DNA of 64,000 nt from Pirellulales bacterium (GTDB taxonomy: Bacteria > Planctomycetota > Planctomycetia > Pirellulales > PALSA-1355), in the NCBI GenBank assembly GCA_022844125.1, contig JALHMI010000004.1:226777-290776 (forward strand), in the 5' to 3' direction. A program made the translations under genes and the position numbers. Below, piece after piece: positions 55,914 through 64,000 of the stretch. Every line of letters starts with the position of its first letter. Position 1 is the stretch's first letter. The notes beneath the pieces are model-generated. The model worked only from the letters and a program-made list of their open reading frames with translations, did no database searches and had not been told where the DNA came from.

Positions 55914-56435
55914 ATGACCGAGACACTCAAACCCATGATCTACATCGCTTGTCTTGCCGCCTACAACGCCGGCAAGCTCCATGGCAAATGGATTTCTGCC
56001 GCTCAAGACGTGGAATCGATTCAAGACGAAGTGCGAGAGCTGCTTAAATTGTCGCCGGAGCCCTTTGCGGAAGAATGGGCAATCCATGACTTCGAGGGCT
56101 TCGGTAGAATCCGTCTCGGAGAGTACGAGTCACTCGAAGAGATATCGCGGCTCGGCCTCTTGATCGAACGCCACGGCGAGGCTTTTGCGGCCTACGCGGC
56201 ATATGTCGACACGGAGTCGGCCACGGAGGAGCGCTTCCTCGATACCTACCTCGGCCATTGGGATTCCGAGTTGGCCTTTGCTGCGAATGTTTTTGATGAG
56301 CTCTATGCCCATGAGGTGCCTGAGCACATTCGCGGCTATATCAATTATGATGCCTTCTGCTGCGACCTGTTTCTTGACGGTCATATTGGCGTTGAATCGT
56401 CGACTTTCGGGCTTCATGTCTTCTACGACATTTAG
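55914..56435 (+). CDS. ardA: Antirestriction protein ArdA
   Basis: The sequence MTETLKPMIYIACLAAYNAGKLHGKWISA...EEWAIHDFEGF...FLDTYLGHWDSELAFA is the typical acidic ArdA sequence. Confidence 0.8.
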   Translation: MTETLKPMIYIACLAAYNAGKLHGKWISAAQDVESIQDEVRELLKLSPEPFAEEWAIHDFEGFGRIRLGEYESLEEISRLGLLIERHGEAFAAYAAYVDTESATEERFLDTYLGHWDSELAFAANVFDELYAHEVPEHIRGYINYDAFCCDLFLDGHIGVESSTFGLHVFYDI

Positions 56436-56447
56436 CTCGCCGTCATT

Positions 56448-56477
56448 CCTCCGCCCTCAAGACTAAGGGGGCGGAGG
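56448..56477 (+). terminator. Hairpin downstream of ardA
   Basis: The arms cctccgccc (56448-56456) and gggcggagg (56469-56477) form a 9-bp GC-rich stem, 12 nt after the ardA stop. Confidence 0.4.
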
Positions 56478-56598
56478 CTTCCTCACCCAAGTCCGCGCCG
56501 ACATTCGCACGATTTGCTTGTGACGCCAAAGAGTGCTATTCCCCAAAGAGGGCGTCCACGTGACAGGTATCACACACGCCGGATAGGCAAAAGGCAAT

Positions 56599-56850
56599 AT
56601 GGGACCTTCCACGAAGCAAGAGGCCAATACACCGACCCTCGCCGCCATCCTGCGAGACGCAGTCCGCCGCAGCGGCCTTAGCGTCTACAAGATCGCCAAG
56701 GATTCGGGCGTTGATCAATCGACGCTTAACAAGTTCCTCAATGGCGGACGCGACAACTTACGACTCGATATTGCCGACCGCCTGTTTCGCTATTTTGGCC
56801 TCCGAGTCGTTACCGCTGCCAAATCGAAGTCCACTTCCCGCGATGCCTAA
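56599..56850 (+). CDS. Small helix-turn-helix (XRE-like) DNA-binding protein
   Basis: This is an 83-aa ORF. The sequence LAAILRDAVRRSGLSVYKIAKDSGVDQSTLNKFLNG is HTH-like. Confidence 0.6.
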   Translation: MGPSTKQEANTPTLAAILRDAVRRSGLSVYKIAKDSGVDQSTLNKFLNGGRDNLRLDIADRLFRYFGLRVVTAAKSKSTSRDA

Positions 56851-56950
56851 ACGGGCGTGCTGCGGGTGCCAGAGCCTGCATTGACCGTTGACGTGCTGCG
56901 ACCGGCGCGAGCACACCCTCACGCGAGTTGCTGTGCAGACTCCCGACATA

Positions 56951-57076
56951 CCCTCTCCCCAGCCCTCTCCCTTCCAGGGAGAGGGGGATGTTCCGTGCCA
57001 AGAGGCGACTTGTCCACAGGGACCCCCCAAGCTCAAGGGGGCGTTTTGAAGCCCCACCGCTTGGGTCCCCCCTGTG
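56951..57076. repeat. C-tract/G-tract hairpin element (REP-like)
   Basis: The sequence ccctctcccc occurs at 56951-56960, followed by a perfect 9-bp hairpin ccctctccc/gggagaggg (56963-56985). Next come ccacag...ccaagc (57014-57032) and gcttgg...ctgtgg (57058-57076), which flank a ggggc/gcccc hairpin. Confidence 0.4.
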
Positions 57077-57254
57077 GATAAGTCTCGTGGTCGGGGTATC
57101 AAGTCGCATCCGGCAGGCCGAGATGACGGTTAGCAGGTAGTCGCGAGTTGCGACGAGCGTCGTTGCCGGCTTCGTGTTTTTGGCTGCAGTGGCCGCTCAA
57201 CGGACGAGCTACCGTGCCGCTCCCCTCCAAAAGGCACCTGACTTGCACCCGCGG

Positions 57255-57350
57255 GCAAACAGGTGCAAACAGCCGTGGCAGGTGCTTTGAAAACAGAATG
57301 CAAACAGCCAGATCCTGCCTCAGGACGTGGCTGTGTTTGCGTGCAAACAC
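57255..57350. repeat. Cluster of five GCAAACA-core repeats, including an 8-bp inverted pair
   Basis: The copies are gcaaaca at 57255-57261, tgcaaacagcc at 57264-57274 and 57299-57309, an inverted ggctgtgtttgc at 57329-57340, and tgcaaacac at 57342-57350. The arms gtgtttgc and gcaaacac form a perfect inverted repeat with a 2-nt spacer. Confidence 0.45.
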
Positions 57351-57527
57351 TCGTTCGCCCAGCAAGGCACCCCGTGGCTTATGCTGTCTTTCGCACCGTT
57401 GGCCCTTGCTATGCTATGGCGATTGTGGACGCAAGGCCGTCCACGTTGCGCGCCCGATCCAGTCAGTCGACCGCACGTAGTCTGATCCTACTTTTGTCGA
57501 ACATATAGAACTGCCTTCCTTGGATCC

Positions 57528-58349
57528 ATGCCGCCAGCGAAGCGAGAAATCAGCCGAGTCGCACTTGCGCCGCTCTGGACGGAATGTCCCCGTTGCGGCC
57601 GAAGTATGCGCCGCGATTACAAGAATCGACGCACAGTTTTTTGGCCGAACCGCACGATTTCTTTGAGTCTTCAGGTCCTTCGTTGTCATACCGCCGATTG
57701 CCCCAGGCGAATGCGGCCCTACCGACCAGAACTTGAGTGGCACTTTGCCTTGCCGGGTAACAAGTTTGGATTGCCAACCTCCGGTGCAATATTCAGCGCG
57801 TACCTCCAAGGCAGAGCCAACCTGCAAATTCACGAGGAGATATCCCGACTTGGAGTCTCAATAGCCACCCGCAGCATTTCTAACGTCATTCTCTATTACG
57901 AACGCCTACGCAAGGAAGTAGCCGCGCCATGGCCCGCGGGCCTAGTCCGACAACTGAAGGAGCAAGGCTCGGCAGTTTTGAATCTCTTGGTTCTCTATGA
58001 GCGACCTCTTTACGTGTTAGTCCACGAGTGCGTTTCGAATTTCACTCTTATAGGAGGCGACGGAGAGTTGATCGAATTGTTCGGCTCGCTCATGAACCGA
58101 TTGCCCGTTCCCGTGGCGGAAATCTATTGTTCTCCGCATACCGCAGTTAGTGAGGCGGCGCGGCACATATGGCGGAGTGTGCCGGTTCTGCATGTGACCC
58201 CGAACGGTCGACTTCACGACCCGCGTCAGTACCTCCAGCACCTTCGAGTTAGCAATACCTCACTCCCTCAGCCGTCCTTTGAGGCAATCAAGCTAATTTT
58301 GCCTGATTCGTCGTCTGGTCGTCTTCGCTCTGAGAAGCGACGCAAGTAG
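57528..58349 (+). CDS. Degenerate transposase-like protein (N-terminal Zn-finger region; catalytic acidic residues not recognisable)
   Basis: The sequences CPRCGRSM...LRCHTADCPRRMRPYRPELEWHFALPGNKFG and later LPVPVAEIYCSPHTAVSEAARHIW follow the outline of a DDE transposase family known from Planctomycetes and cyanobacteria. The positions expected to hold D/D are L/C here. This is a by-eye call only. Confidence 0.3.
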   Translation: MPPAKREISRVALAPLWTECPRCGRSMRRDYKNRRTVFWPNRTISLSLQVLRCHTADCPRRMRPYRPELEWHFALPGNKFGLPTSGAIFSAYLQGRANLQIHEEISRLGVSIATRSISNVILYYERLRKEVAAPWPAGLVRQLKEQGSAVLNLLVLYERPLYVLVHECVSNFTLIGGDGELIELFGSLMNRLPVPVAEIYCSPHTAVSEAARHIWRSVPVLHVTPNGRLHDPRQYLQHLRVSNTSLPQPSFEAIKLILPDSSSGRLRSEKRRK

Positions 58350-58546
58350 CTAGTTCTCAGGTACTTGCACACTTTTGTTCGGCCCTGTTCCCCGGGCCTT
58401 CGTTGGAACTTGGTTCTCGCGCCTCTGAACCTTGAGGTGAGGGGGCAATCGATCGGCCTGGCCAGATTCCGTGCGCGGCGACCCGGTCATTTGCCATTCC
58501 TAAGCTGCTGCGGCTGTGTGTCAAGGCGTCAGCGAGAACAGCGCAA

Positions 58547-59053
58547 ATGCCAGTCAATCGCGGAATGCTATCGAGCCTCACTGATCAATGGGCAACTCCC
58601 CAGGAGGTGTTCGACCGCCTCGATGCTGAGTTCCACTTCGAGCTCGATGTTTGCGCGCTTCCGAACAATGCCAAATGCCGCCGCTTCTTCACGCCCAAGA
58701 CTAATGGTCTTACGCAACAGTGGTCGGGCGTCTGCTGGATGAATCCGCCCTACGGACGTGAGATTGGCAAGTGGATGAAGAAGGCGTACGAGTCGTCGCT
58801 TGAGGGGGCGACTGTCGTCTGTCTAGTTCCCGCACGCACCGACACTGCCTGGTGGCACGACTTCGCCGCCAAGGGCGAGATTCGCTTCGTCCGCGGGCGA
58901 CTCTACTTTGGCTCTGCCACATGTGCGGCGCCGTTCCCGTCAGCGATTGTCGTCTTCCGCGAACGCTGGTGGGAAAGATCTCATCAAGCCACGAAGCGAA
59001 GCGCAGAGCAGAACCGAAACGCCAATCGCTCTCGCAAGAGCAATGCAGCGTAG
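58547..59053 (+). CDS. Phage/plasmid-type N6-adenine DNA methyltransferase (Dam_MT family), orphan
   Basis: The motifs are DQWATPQEVFDRLDAEFHFELDVCA, NAKC, WMNPPYGREIGKWMKKA, LVPARTDTAWWH and RFVRGRLYF. Confidence 0.8.
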   Translation: MPVNRGMLSSLTDQWATPQEVFDRLDAEFHFELDVCALPNNAKCRRFFTPKTNGLTQQWSGVCWMNPPYGREIGKWMKKAYESSLEGATVVCLVPARTDTAWWHDFAAKGEIRFVRGRLYFGSATCAAPFPSAIVVFRERWWERSHQATKRSAEQNRNANRSRKSNAA

Positions 59054-59083
59054 CGGCACGCACAAGCGCAGGATGGAATACGA

Positions 59084-59569
59084 ATGTCCGAACCAACCCA
59101 AACGATTGCAGTCAGGGTCACGCAAGAAATCAAGGAAGAGATTAGCCAAATCGCTAAGGCCAAAGGTCAAACCAACAGCGACTGGATCCGCGATCAAATA
59201 ATGGCTGCACTCGTTGGCTCCACCGGCGAGGAGTCCAACGATGCGACTCCAGCCGCCACCACCGAGTCCATTCTTTCCGCGCTTAACGACCTCCAGGCAA
59301 GGCTTCAAGCAGTTGAGTCGATCGTTCAGCAGAACGTCGCAGTGATCAAGACGGCTATCGAAACAGCGACGGCACGACACCACCGGGAACTTTGCACGCT
59401 GGGGCGGTTGCTGCTCGAACTCGACGAGTTGAAGGATGAGGAGATCAGGGACAGTCGCAACGCCTTGCTAGACGCACTTGAACGCATCAAAGCGTCCCAA
59501 CGATCGCACAAAGAAACACTGCTTCAGGCAATCGCTCAAATGCGGGTGCCAGCGCCTCGGCGGTATTAG
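59084..59569 (+). CDS. Ribbon-helix-helix protein, putative relaxosome accessory factor
   Basis: The N-terminus TIAVRVTQEIKEEISQIAKAKGQTNSDWIRDQI is RHH-like. A coiled-coil tail follows. The gene ends 13 nt before the relaxase ATG. Confidence 0.5.
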   Translation: MSEPTQTIAVRVTQEIKEEISQIAKAKGQTNSDWIRDQIMAALVGSTGEESNDATPAATTESILSALNDLQARLQAVESIVQQNVAVIKTAIETATARHHRELCTLGRLLLELDELKDEEIRDSRNALLDALERIKASQRSHKETLLQAIAQMRVPAPRRY

Positions 59570-59582
59570 TCCAGGGATAGCC

Positions 59583-62500
59583 ATGCTCTCGATCAAGTGG
59601 GTCACGCTCATCGAATACTACTTGAGGAAGTGCCGTGGCCCAATCGGCGGCGTCTGGTGGGGACCTGGAACTAGCCCCCTCGGACTTCGTGGAACCATAA
59701 AGGAGCATCATCTTGAAGGTCTCTCTCGTGGATATGGCCCTAGTGGTAGGGCCCTAATTCAGAACGCGGGAGCCTGCGACCATCAGATCGGCTGGGACGG
59801 CACCTATGCGGCTGATAAGTCCGTAGCCGTCTTGGCCACTTGGCTGCCTTCGATCTTGGGACTGCACGCCCAGGCAGTCGACACTGCAAATTCCTACCTG
59901 ACGGAGGTAGCCGTCTTCACGCGTCGTGGTAAGGGAGGCAAGATCCTTGAGCACGCTCTCCCGATCGTTGCGAATTTTCAGGAGCTAGCGAGCAATGCAC
60001 TTGAGCCATTGCTCCACACTCATTCTGTGTTTCTCAATGTCGCGGGCCGCGCGGACGGAACGTTTGGCACAATTCTGTCGAAGCCGCTGTACGAGCATAA
60101 ACTCACCGCTGGTGATCTCTACAAAGCCGAACTTGCCTATTTTTTGAAGCACGGACTTGGCCTTGAAATTGAGGCGACCAAGCATGGATTTCGCATAGCC
60201 GGAGTGCCCCACGATTTGATTGCCCGTTATTCGACGCGACGCAAGCAAATCCTGGAACAGCTACAAGCAAAGGGGCTCTACACTCCCAAGGCAGCCGCGA
60301 TCGCTGCTCAAGGCACCCGAACAGAATCTGAGGAGCTACCGCCAATCGAAGAGCTTCTAAAACTGTGGCTGCCGTTAAACACCGACTTCGGCTTTACGGA
60401 AAAGGTAGCCCAGAGACTTCTTGGTAAAGCCCAAGTTTCAACGCAAACGCCGAACCTCTCGGCCAATATTGCTCAGGCGATTGAGGCTCTGCTGACAATT
60501 GAGAGCCACTTCTCGGAGCAGCAGCTACTTCGCCAAGTAGCAAAGGCCGTAGTTGCCGAAGGCGTTCGAGCGAAGGAGATTGTCGAACAGGTCAGAGCCG
60601 ATCTCGCGAACAACACCGAGATGGTCCCCCTCAAGCCGAAAGGCGTCGAGCCGCGGTACACGAGCCGGGAGATGCTGGCCCTAGAGAGCGAGCTCCTCTC
60701 AATCATCAAGAAAGGCAAGACAGACACTCATCACGTTGTAAAAGATCACATTGCCAAGCGCGAGCTTGATAAGCATCTCCCACTAGATCCGGGACTCACT
60801 GAGGACGAGCGCTTTCGAAATGAAGACCAGCGAAATGCCGGACTTCAGATAACGACTCAACCCGGGCAGTTCAAGGTCTTGAAGGGCGTGGCTGGCGCAG
60901 GAAAGTCCTACCTGTTAGGCGTAGCCAACAAGATCTGGTCACAAGCGGGCCTTCGCGTGACCGGCATGGCGATCTCTGGCGTGGTTGCCGCAAGGCTTCA
61001 GAGAGATACCGGGATCGAATGCGAGACGATTGCGATGCGTCTTAAGCAGCTCGACAGCAAGGACGATTTCGTCTTCCACCACAAACGCCAGTTAAAGCGG
61101 TTGCTGAAGGGCAAGAGGACTTATGCCTACGAGGGCCGCTCCTTTTCCCTCGGGAAAAAAGATGTGGTGGTTATTGATGAAGCCGGCATGGTTCCCACGA
61201 GGCAACTACTTCAAATCGTAAGAGCGTGCAAGAAGGCAGGAGCCAAGCTCGTCTTAGTCGGAGACTGGCAGCAGCTTCCGCCCATCGAGGCAGGTGGCCC
61301 ACTTCGCGTAGTAGCGTCGAGCACAGGCGAAGCCACGCTCGACCATGTCATCCGCCAGAAGCTTGAGCCCGATGACCCAGTGCCTGACTGGCACAGAAAT
61401 GCGGGCCAACTCATTGCGGCGGGTCACATTGCCGAAGCAGTCAAGCTTTTTCAAGAGCGTGGCCGAGTAAGCGTCCTTTCCAACCGCGAGGATGCGATGC
61501 ACTCCTTAGTGCAAGACTGGTCAGTACAAGGAATCGCAGATCCATCCAATCATATCATTTTGGCGAGCAGGAGAGACGAAGTCGAGGCTCTGAATAGCGC
61601 CTGTCAAGCAGCAAGGCTCTCTGCCGACGCGGTCCGGAGCGAACACGTCACTATCGCGCAGAAGAAATTCCACGTGGGTGACGTTGTGATGTTTACCAAG
61701 ATCTCACGGGTCTTTGGAGTCACCAACGGTGATCGAGGAGTCGTCACTGGCTTTAATCGGCTGCGGAAAACAGTCACTGTGATTCTGGAACGTACCCAGA
61801 AGCCAGTCCACCTCTCCTATCGAAGCTACACAGACATCGATCTCGCCTATGCGATGACGGTGCATAAGGCCCAGGGAATTTCGGTCTTGAGCGTCTATGT
61901 GCTGCTTGGCGGTTCTATGCAGGATCGCCACTTGAGCTACGTCCAGACGACGAGAGCTTCTGAGAGCACCCGTCTCTATGTTGATCGACAATCCGCTGGG
62001 TATGGACTAGGGCACCTCTTTAGAGACATGGCAAGGGAACGACCCAAGCTCCTCGCCCACGAGCTACTGGACACTCCTTCCTCCGTCGAGTCGTCTCCTC
62101 CGCCAACACCTGCATCAACCGACCCAGTCTCCACTCCAAGTGAGTCCTCAAGCGGGACGCTTGGCGGAACGCCGGGCCAAAACACCAAGAAACTTGTCGG
62201 CGAATTAAAGCTCACCAACAAGGAGACGTCCAGCAACCGGCAAGCAACTGTCCCGTCGGAAGGAGCAATTGCACCGATTCCGAACGTTGTGCCGAAAACC
62301 CTTCCTCCCAATCGCTCGTCGACTTCTAAGAAACCAGCACCCGCGTCGCCGTTTCCCGGCGTGGCCAACGTTACGATAACTCCATCCAAAAACGCATTAA
62401 GCCCCGTCGATGACCGTCGCGAGCGTCCGCAGCCGGCAAGCTCTCAATACCTCCCGATCGTCTCCTCGCAATCTGCGCCGCGCACTTCACCGCCACCTGA

Positions 62501-64000
62501 AACTGGCAACGCTAACTTCTCGCCAAACAAATTGGATCCGCCCTCGCGCCCGGTCCAGCTAGAGCTACCTGGCCTTCTAAGCGCTACGGCACTTCCTCCC
62601 ACCGTTGTACCACGGCCTTCGACGCCTATTCCTTCGATCGCGAGTACTAGCGGCTCAAGTGACCGCCAGTCGACGATAGTCGTTCCGACTACACAGCCCC
62701 ACTGGGATAGCGTGACACCAAAAGTGTCCTTTGCTCAGACCATCCGGTTCGGCAACACACACAACGTCGAAGCCGCCACATCGGCAATCAGCCGTTACGG
62801 CAAACTGCCAGGCGGCATTGTGGTGGAAGGAGAGGCCATCTGCGATCTCTCGTTCAAATCCATCGAGTTCGACCCGAAGAGGCCAGACCGGTTGCTGATC
62901 AACGGCTGCATTGCGTTCGACACGGGACTTGAACCAGAAGAGATCGCGTTACTTTGGCATGCGGTCTTGGAGACTGGACAGGCTGCAACCGACTTCGGAG
63001 TTCTCCTCCAACAGACCGTTGTCGGCATCGAAAGCGATTCACTTGTCGCCGCTGCGATGATGCGTGCGGATAACGCCCTCGGGGCCGTCGTCTATGGATA
63101 CGATACGCAGTTCCGGCTTGCACATCCCTCCTTACCTTCGTATCGAAATCCATTCCTCCAAGAAGCAGTGCACGCTTCGGACCCAAAGGTATTGCACCGT
63201 CGGTTCATCAACTATCTCTACGAGTTCTCTCCGAAGTTCTTTCTTGCGATCGGAGGTGTGAAGTGTGCCGTCACGGCGAATTCGGCGCTCGTCGTCACCT
63301 CGATGAACGTCAAAGGTACGCTCAGCGCCATTGACTCCAATGGAGTTGTTATGACGAGCCCCGGAGGCGGTTCTCTCGGTGCTCTGCAGTTTCCTTTCAT
63401 GCACGACGCCCTTCAGTTGCTTGCCTCGCACGTAGCGGACTATGCCAGTGCCGAACCCTACCTCGCTCGGACTCTCGCTTATGCGGCGGTGGTGACGCTT
63501 CTGAGACGGGCTAGATCAGAACGCGCCGCACGCCATGGCCGTGAGCACGTCTTTGCCCTGCTCAAGGACCGACAGCACATTCCACTTCCGCGCTTCGACT
63601 ACAGCCTTCGCTCGGACGATTACGCCAAGGTCGCCAGAGAAGCCGCTCAACGGCTCTCAGCCACAAACTCAAGTTGGTTCGATGGCCTCATGTCCCTTGT
63701 CGTTGGCCTCGACTACGCGGTGTTAGCAGGCGATCTCAGCTCATTCTTGGTTTGCAAGGAAAAGGCCCTCAGCTGCATCGCTGCACTGCGACGCGAACGG
63801 CACCTTACTCCGTTGCAGCAGGAATTGGCTTCCTCACTCCCCGACCTCGCGCGAAGAGTGAGGAATTCCTGCCACGACAAGGCAATTGACCGATGCCTCC
63901 AAGCAGCACAGCAACGCGGCCGGACCAAAGACGAGCGAGTTCTGTACTTGAGCGAAGCTTTGAGACGTTCGGACCTGGCAGGATCGACCAAGCCCGATTG
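59583..64000 (+). CDS. MobF-family conjugative relaxase-helicase (TrwC/TraI-type) with a Pro/Ser/Thr-rich linker and an extra C-terminal domain; the 3-prime end lies outside the window
   Basis: By hand translation, the frame starting at ATG 59583 has no stop to the window end, which explains its absence from the ORF track. The motifs are MLSIKWVTLIEYYL, LEPLLHTHSVFLNVA (His-triad region), P-loop LKGVAGAGKSYLL, VVVIDEAGMV, LVGDWQQLPPIEAGGP and YAMTVHKAQG. About 210 aa of P/S/T-rich sequence (about 62060-62700) follows, and then a domain of more than 430 aa of unknown function. Confidence 0.85.
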   Translation, partial: MLSIKWVTLIEYYLRKCRGPIGGVWWGPGTSPLGLRGTIKEHHLEGLSRGYGPSGRALIQNAGACDHQIGWDGTYAADKSVAVLATWLPSILGLHAQAVDTANSYLTEVAVFTRRGKGGKILEHALPIVANFQELASNALEPLLHTHSVFLNVAGRADGTFGTILSKPLYEHKLTAGDLYKAELAYFLKHGLGLEIEATKHGFRIAGVPHDLIARYSTRRKQILEQLQAKGLYTPKAAAIAAQGTRTESEELPPIEELLKLWLPLNTDFGFTEKVAQRLLGKAQVSTQTPNLSANIAQAIEALLTIESHFSEQQLLRQVAKAVVAEGVRAKEIVEQVRADLANNTEMVPLKPKGVEPRYTSREMLALESELLSIIKKGKTDTHHVVKDHIAKRELDKHLPLDPGLTEDERFRNEDQRNAGLQITTQPGQFKVLKGVAGAGKSYLLGVANKIWSQAGLRVTGMAISGVVAARLQRDTGIECETIAMRLKQLDSKDDFVFHHKRQLKRLLKGKRTYAYEGRSFSLGKKDVVVIDEAGMVPTRQLLQIVRACKKAGAKLVLVGDWQQLPPIEAGGPLRVVASSTGEATLDHVIRQKLEPDDPVPDWHRNAGQLIAAGHIAEAVKLFQERGRVSVLSNREDAMHSLVQDWSVQGIADPSNHIILASRRDEVEALNSACQAARLSADAVRSEHVTIAQKKFHVGDVVMFTKISRVFGVTNGDRGVVTGFNRLRKTVTVILERTQKPVHLSYRSYTDIDLAYAMTVHKAQGISVLSVYVLLGGSMQDRHLSYVQTTRASESTRLYVDRQSAGYGLGHLFRDMARERPKLLAHELLDTPSSVESSPPPTPASTDPVSTPSESSSGTLGGTPGQNTKKLVGELKLTNKETSSNRQATVPSEGAIAPIPNVVPKTLPPNRSSTSKKPAPASPFPGVANVTITPSKNALSPVDDRRERPQPASSQYLPIVSSQSAPRTSPPPETGNANFSPNKLDPPSRPVQLELPGLLSATALPPTVVPRPSTPIPSIASTSGSSDRQSTIVVPTTQPHWDSVTPKVSFAQTIRFGNTHNVEAATSAISRYGKLPGGIVVEGEAICDLSFKSIEFDPKRPDRLLINGCIAFDTGLEPEEIALLWHAVLETGQAATDFGVLLQQTVVGIESDSLVAAAMMRADNALGAVVYGYDTQFRLAHPSLPSYRNPFLQEAVHASDPKVLHRRFINYLYEFSPKFFLAIGGVKCAVTANSALVVTSMNVKGTLSAIDSNGVVMTSPGGGSLGALQFPFMHDALQLLASHVADYASAEPYLARTLAYAAVVTLLRRARSERAARHGREHVFALLKDRQHIPLPRFDYSLRSDDYAKVAREAAQRLSATNSSWFDGLMSLVVGLDYAVLAGDLSSFLVCKEKALSCIAALRRERHLTPLQQELASSLPDLARRVRNSCHDKAIDRCLQAAQQRGRTKDERVLYLSEALRRSDLAGSTKPD

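Larger units (their letters stand above)
44392..64000. mobile_element. Plasmid/ICE-derived backbone segment (anti-restriction operon, Rep-like gene, iterons, parA, leading-region genes, relaxase); continues beyond the window
   Basis: This call rests on the gene content listed above. No integrase or att site was found at the left edge inside the window. Confidence 0.6.

Noticed and set aside
56857-57140. ORFs translating to ...LSPALSLPGRGG... and ...PLPSPLPSRERG...
   Set aside because: These are translation artefacts of the ccctctccc/gggagaggg hairpin element. They overlap on both strands.
58118-58145. The sequence atctattgttct as a possible MobF nic-site look-alike (R388-type ...GTATTGTCTAT...)
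   Set aside because: It is only a partial match, it lies inside the transposase-like ORF, and it lacks an adjacent inverted repeat.
62030-63370. An apparent +1 frame break in the relaxase near 62040, with a compensating shift near 63360, seen during hand translation
   Set aside because: The register implied by the antisense track ORFs (61976..62389, 62899..63186, 63132..63431) indicates that my manual base counting slipped. So does the absence of any stop-terminated ORF in the relaxase frame. The ORF is treated as continuous, but a computed translation should confirm this.
1-64000. CRISPR arrays, tRNA, rRNA, tmRNA, RNase P
   Set aside because: I found no regularly spaced direct repeats and no T-loop-like GGTTCGAATCC-type motif. 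I found no rRNA-like conserved block and no RNase P GGAAAGTCC-type block on either strand. This was a by-eye search only. tRNAscan-SE and Infernal should confirm it.

Overview
This is a high-GC bacterial window. PEP-CTERM/HAF-repeat proteins, an ECF sigma factor paired with a Ser/Thr kinase, and weak Shine-Dalgarno usage suggest Planctomycetota, but that is my inference only. Almost all of it is accessory DNA. I found no rRNA, tRNA or CRISPR array. The layout, left to right, is as follows. (1) The 3-prime end of a ThiO/DAO-type FAD oxidase. (2) A two-gene operon (695-6674, minus strand): a DinG-like helicase with a C-terminal PD-(D/E)xK nuclease, followed by an 1126-aa protein in which a Schlafen-type AlbA_2 + HATPase_c_4 module is fused to a PAZ-less, apparently inactive MID-PIWI (Argonaute-like) module. 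This resembles the DdmDE / PIWI-RE logic with an unusual fusion, and is my top candidate for an undescribed system. (3) A complete Wadjet jetABCD operon (8098-14833). (4) ICE-type cargo (DUF932, a zinc ribbon, a small PC4-like protein), a TylF-like methyltransferase, a secreted protein, a decayed ParE toxin, an FAD amine oxidase and a heavily decayed tyrosine integrase (about 21850-22455) that marks an old island edge. (5) More native-looking genes: two PEP-CTERM surface proteins (one an in-frame fusion of two), an ECF sigma factor and a TPR Ser/Thr kinase. (6) A 12-kb co-directional minus-strand cluster (30506-42569) reading hsdR, unknown ORF, hsdM, hsdS, Zn-ribbon/HEPN-like protein, XRE, ImmA protease, lamin-tail-domain protein, and a 1089-aa helicase with a C-terminal nuclease-like motif. 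AbiEi/AbiEii follows on the plus strand. (7) A plasmid/ICE-derived backbone (44392 to the window end). It holds a methyltransferase-strawberry-notch giant protein in a 3-gene operon, and a 1.6-kb ORF-free hairpin-dense region that may be a large structured RNA. It also holds a Rep-like winged-helix protein, an iteron field, parA plus an adaptor gene, DUF2726, ardA behind a near-consensus promoter overlapped by a 26-bp perfect palindrome, an HTH protein, a repeat-rich non-coding block, a degenerate transposase-like ORF, a phage-type Dam methyltransferase, an RHH protein and a MobF (TrwC/TraI-type) relaxase-helicase. The relaxase ORF runs off the window, which is why it is absent from the ORF track. 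All domain calls come from reading motifs in the translations by eye. No database search was run.
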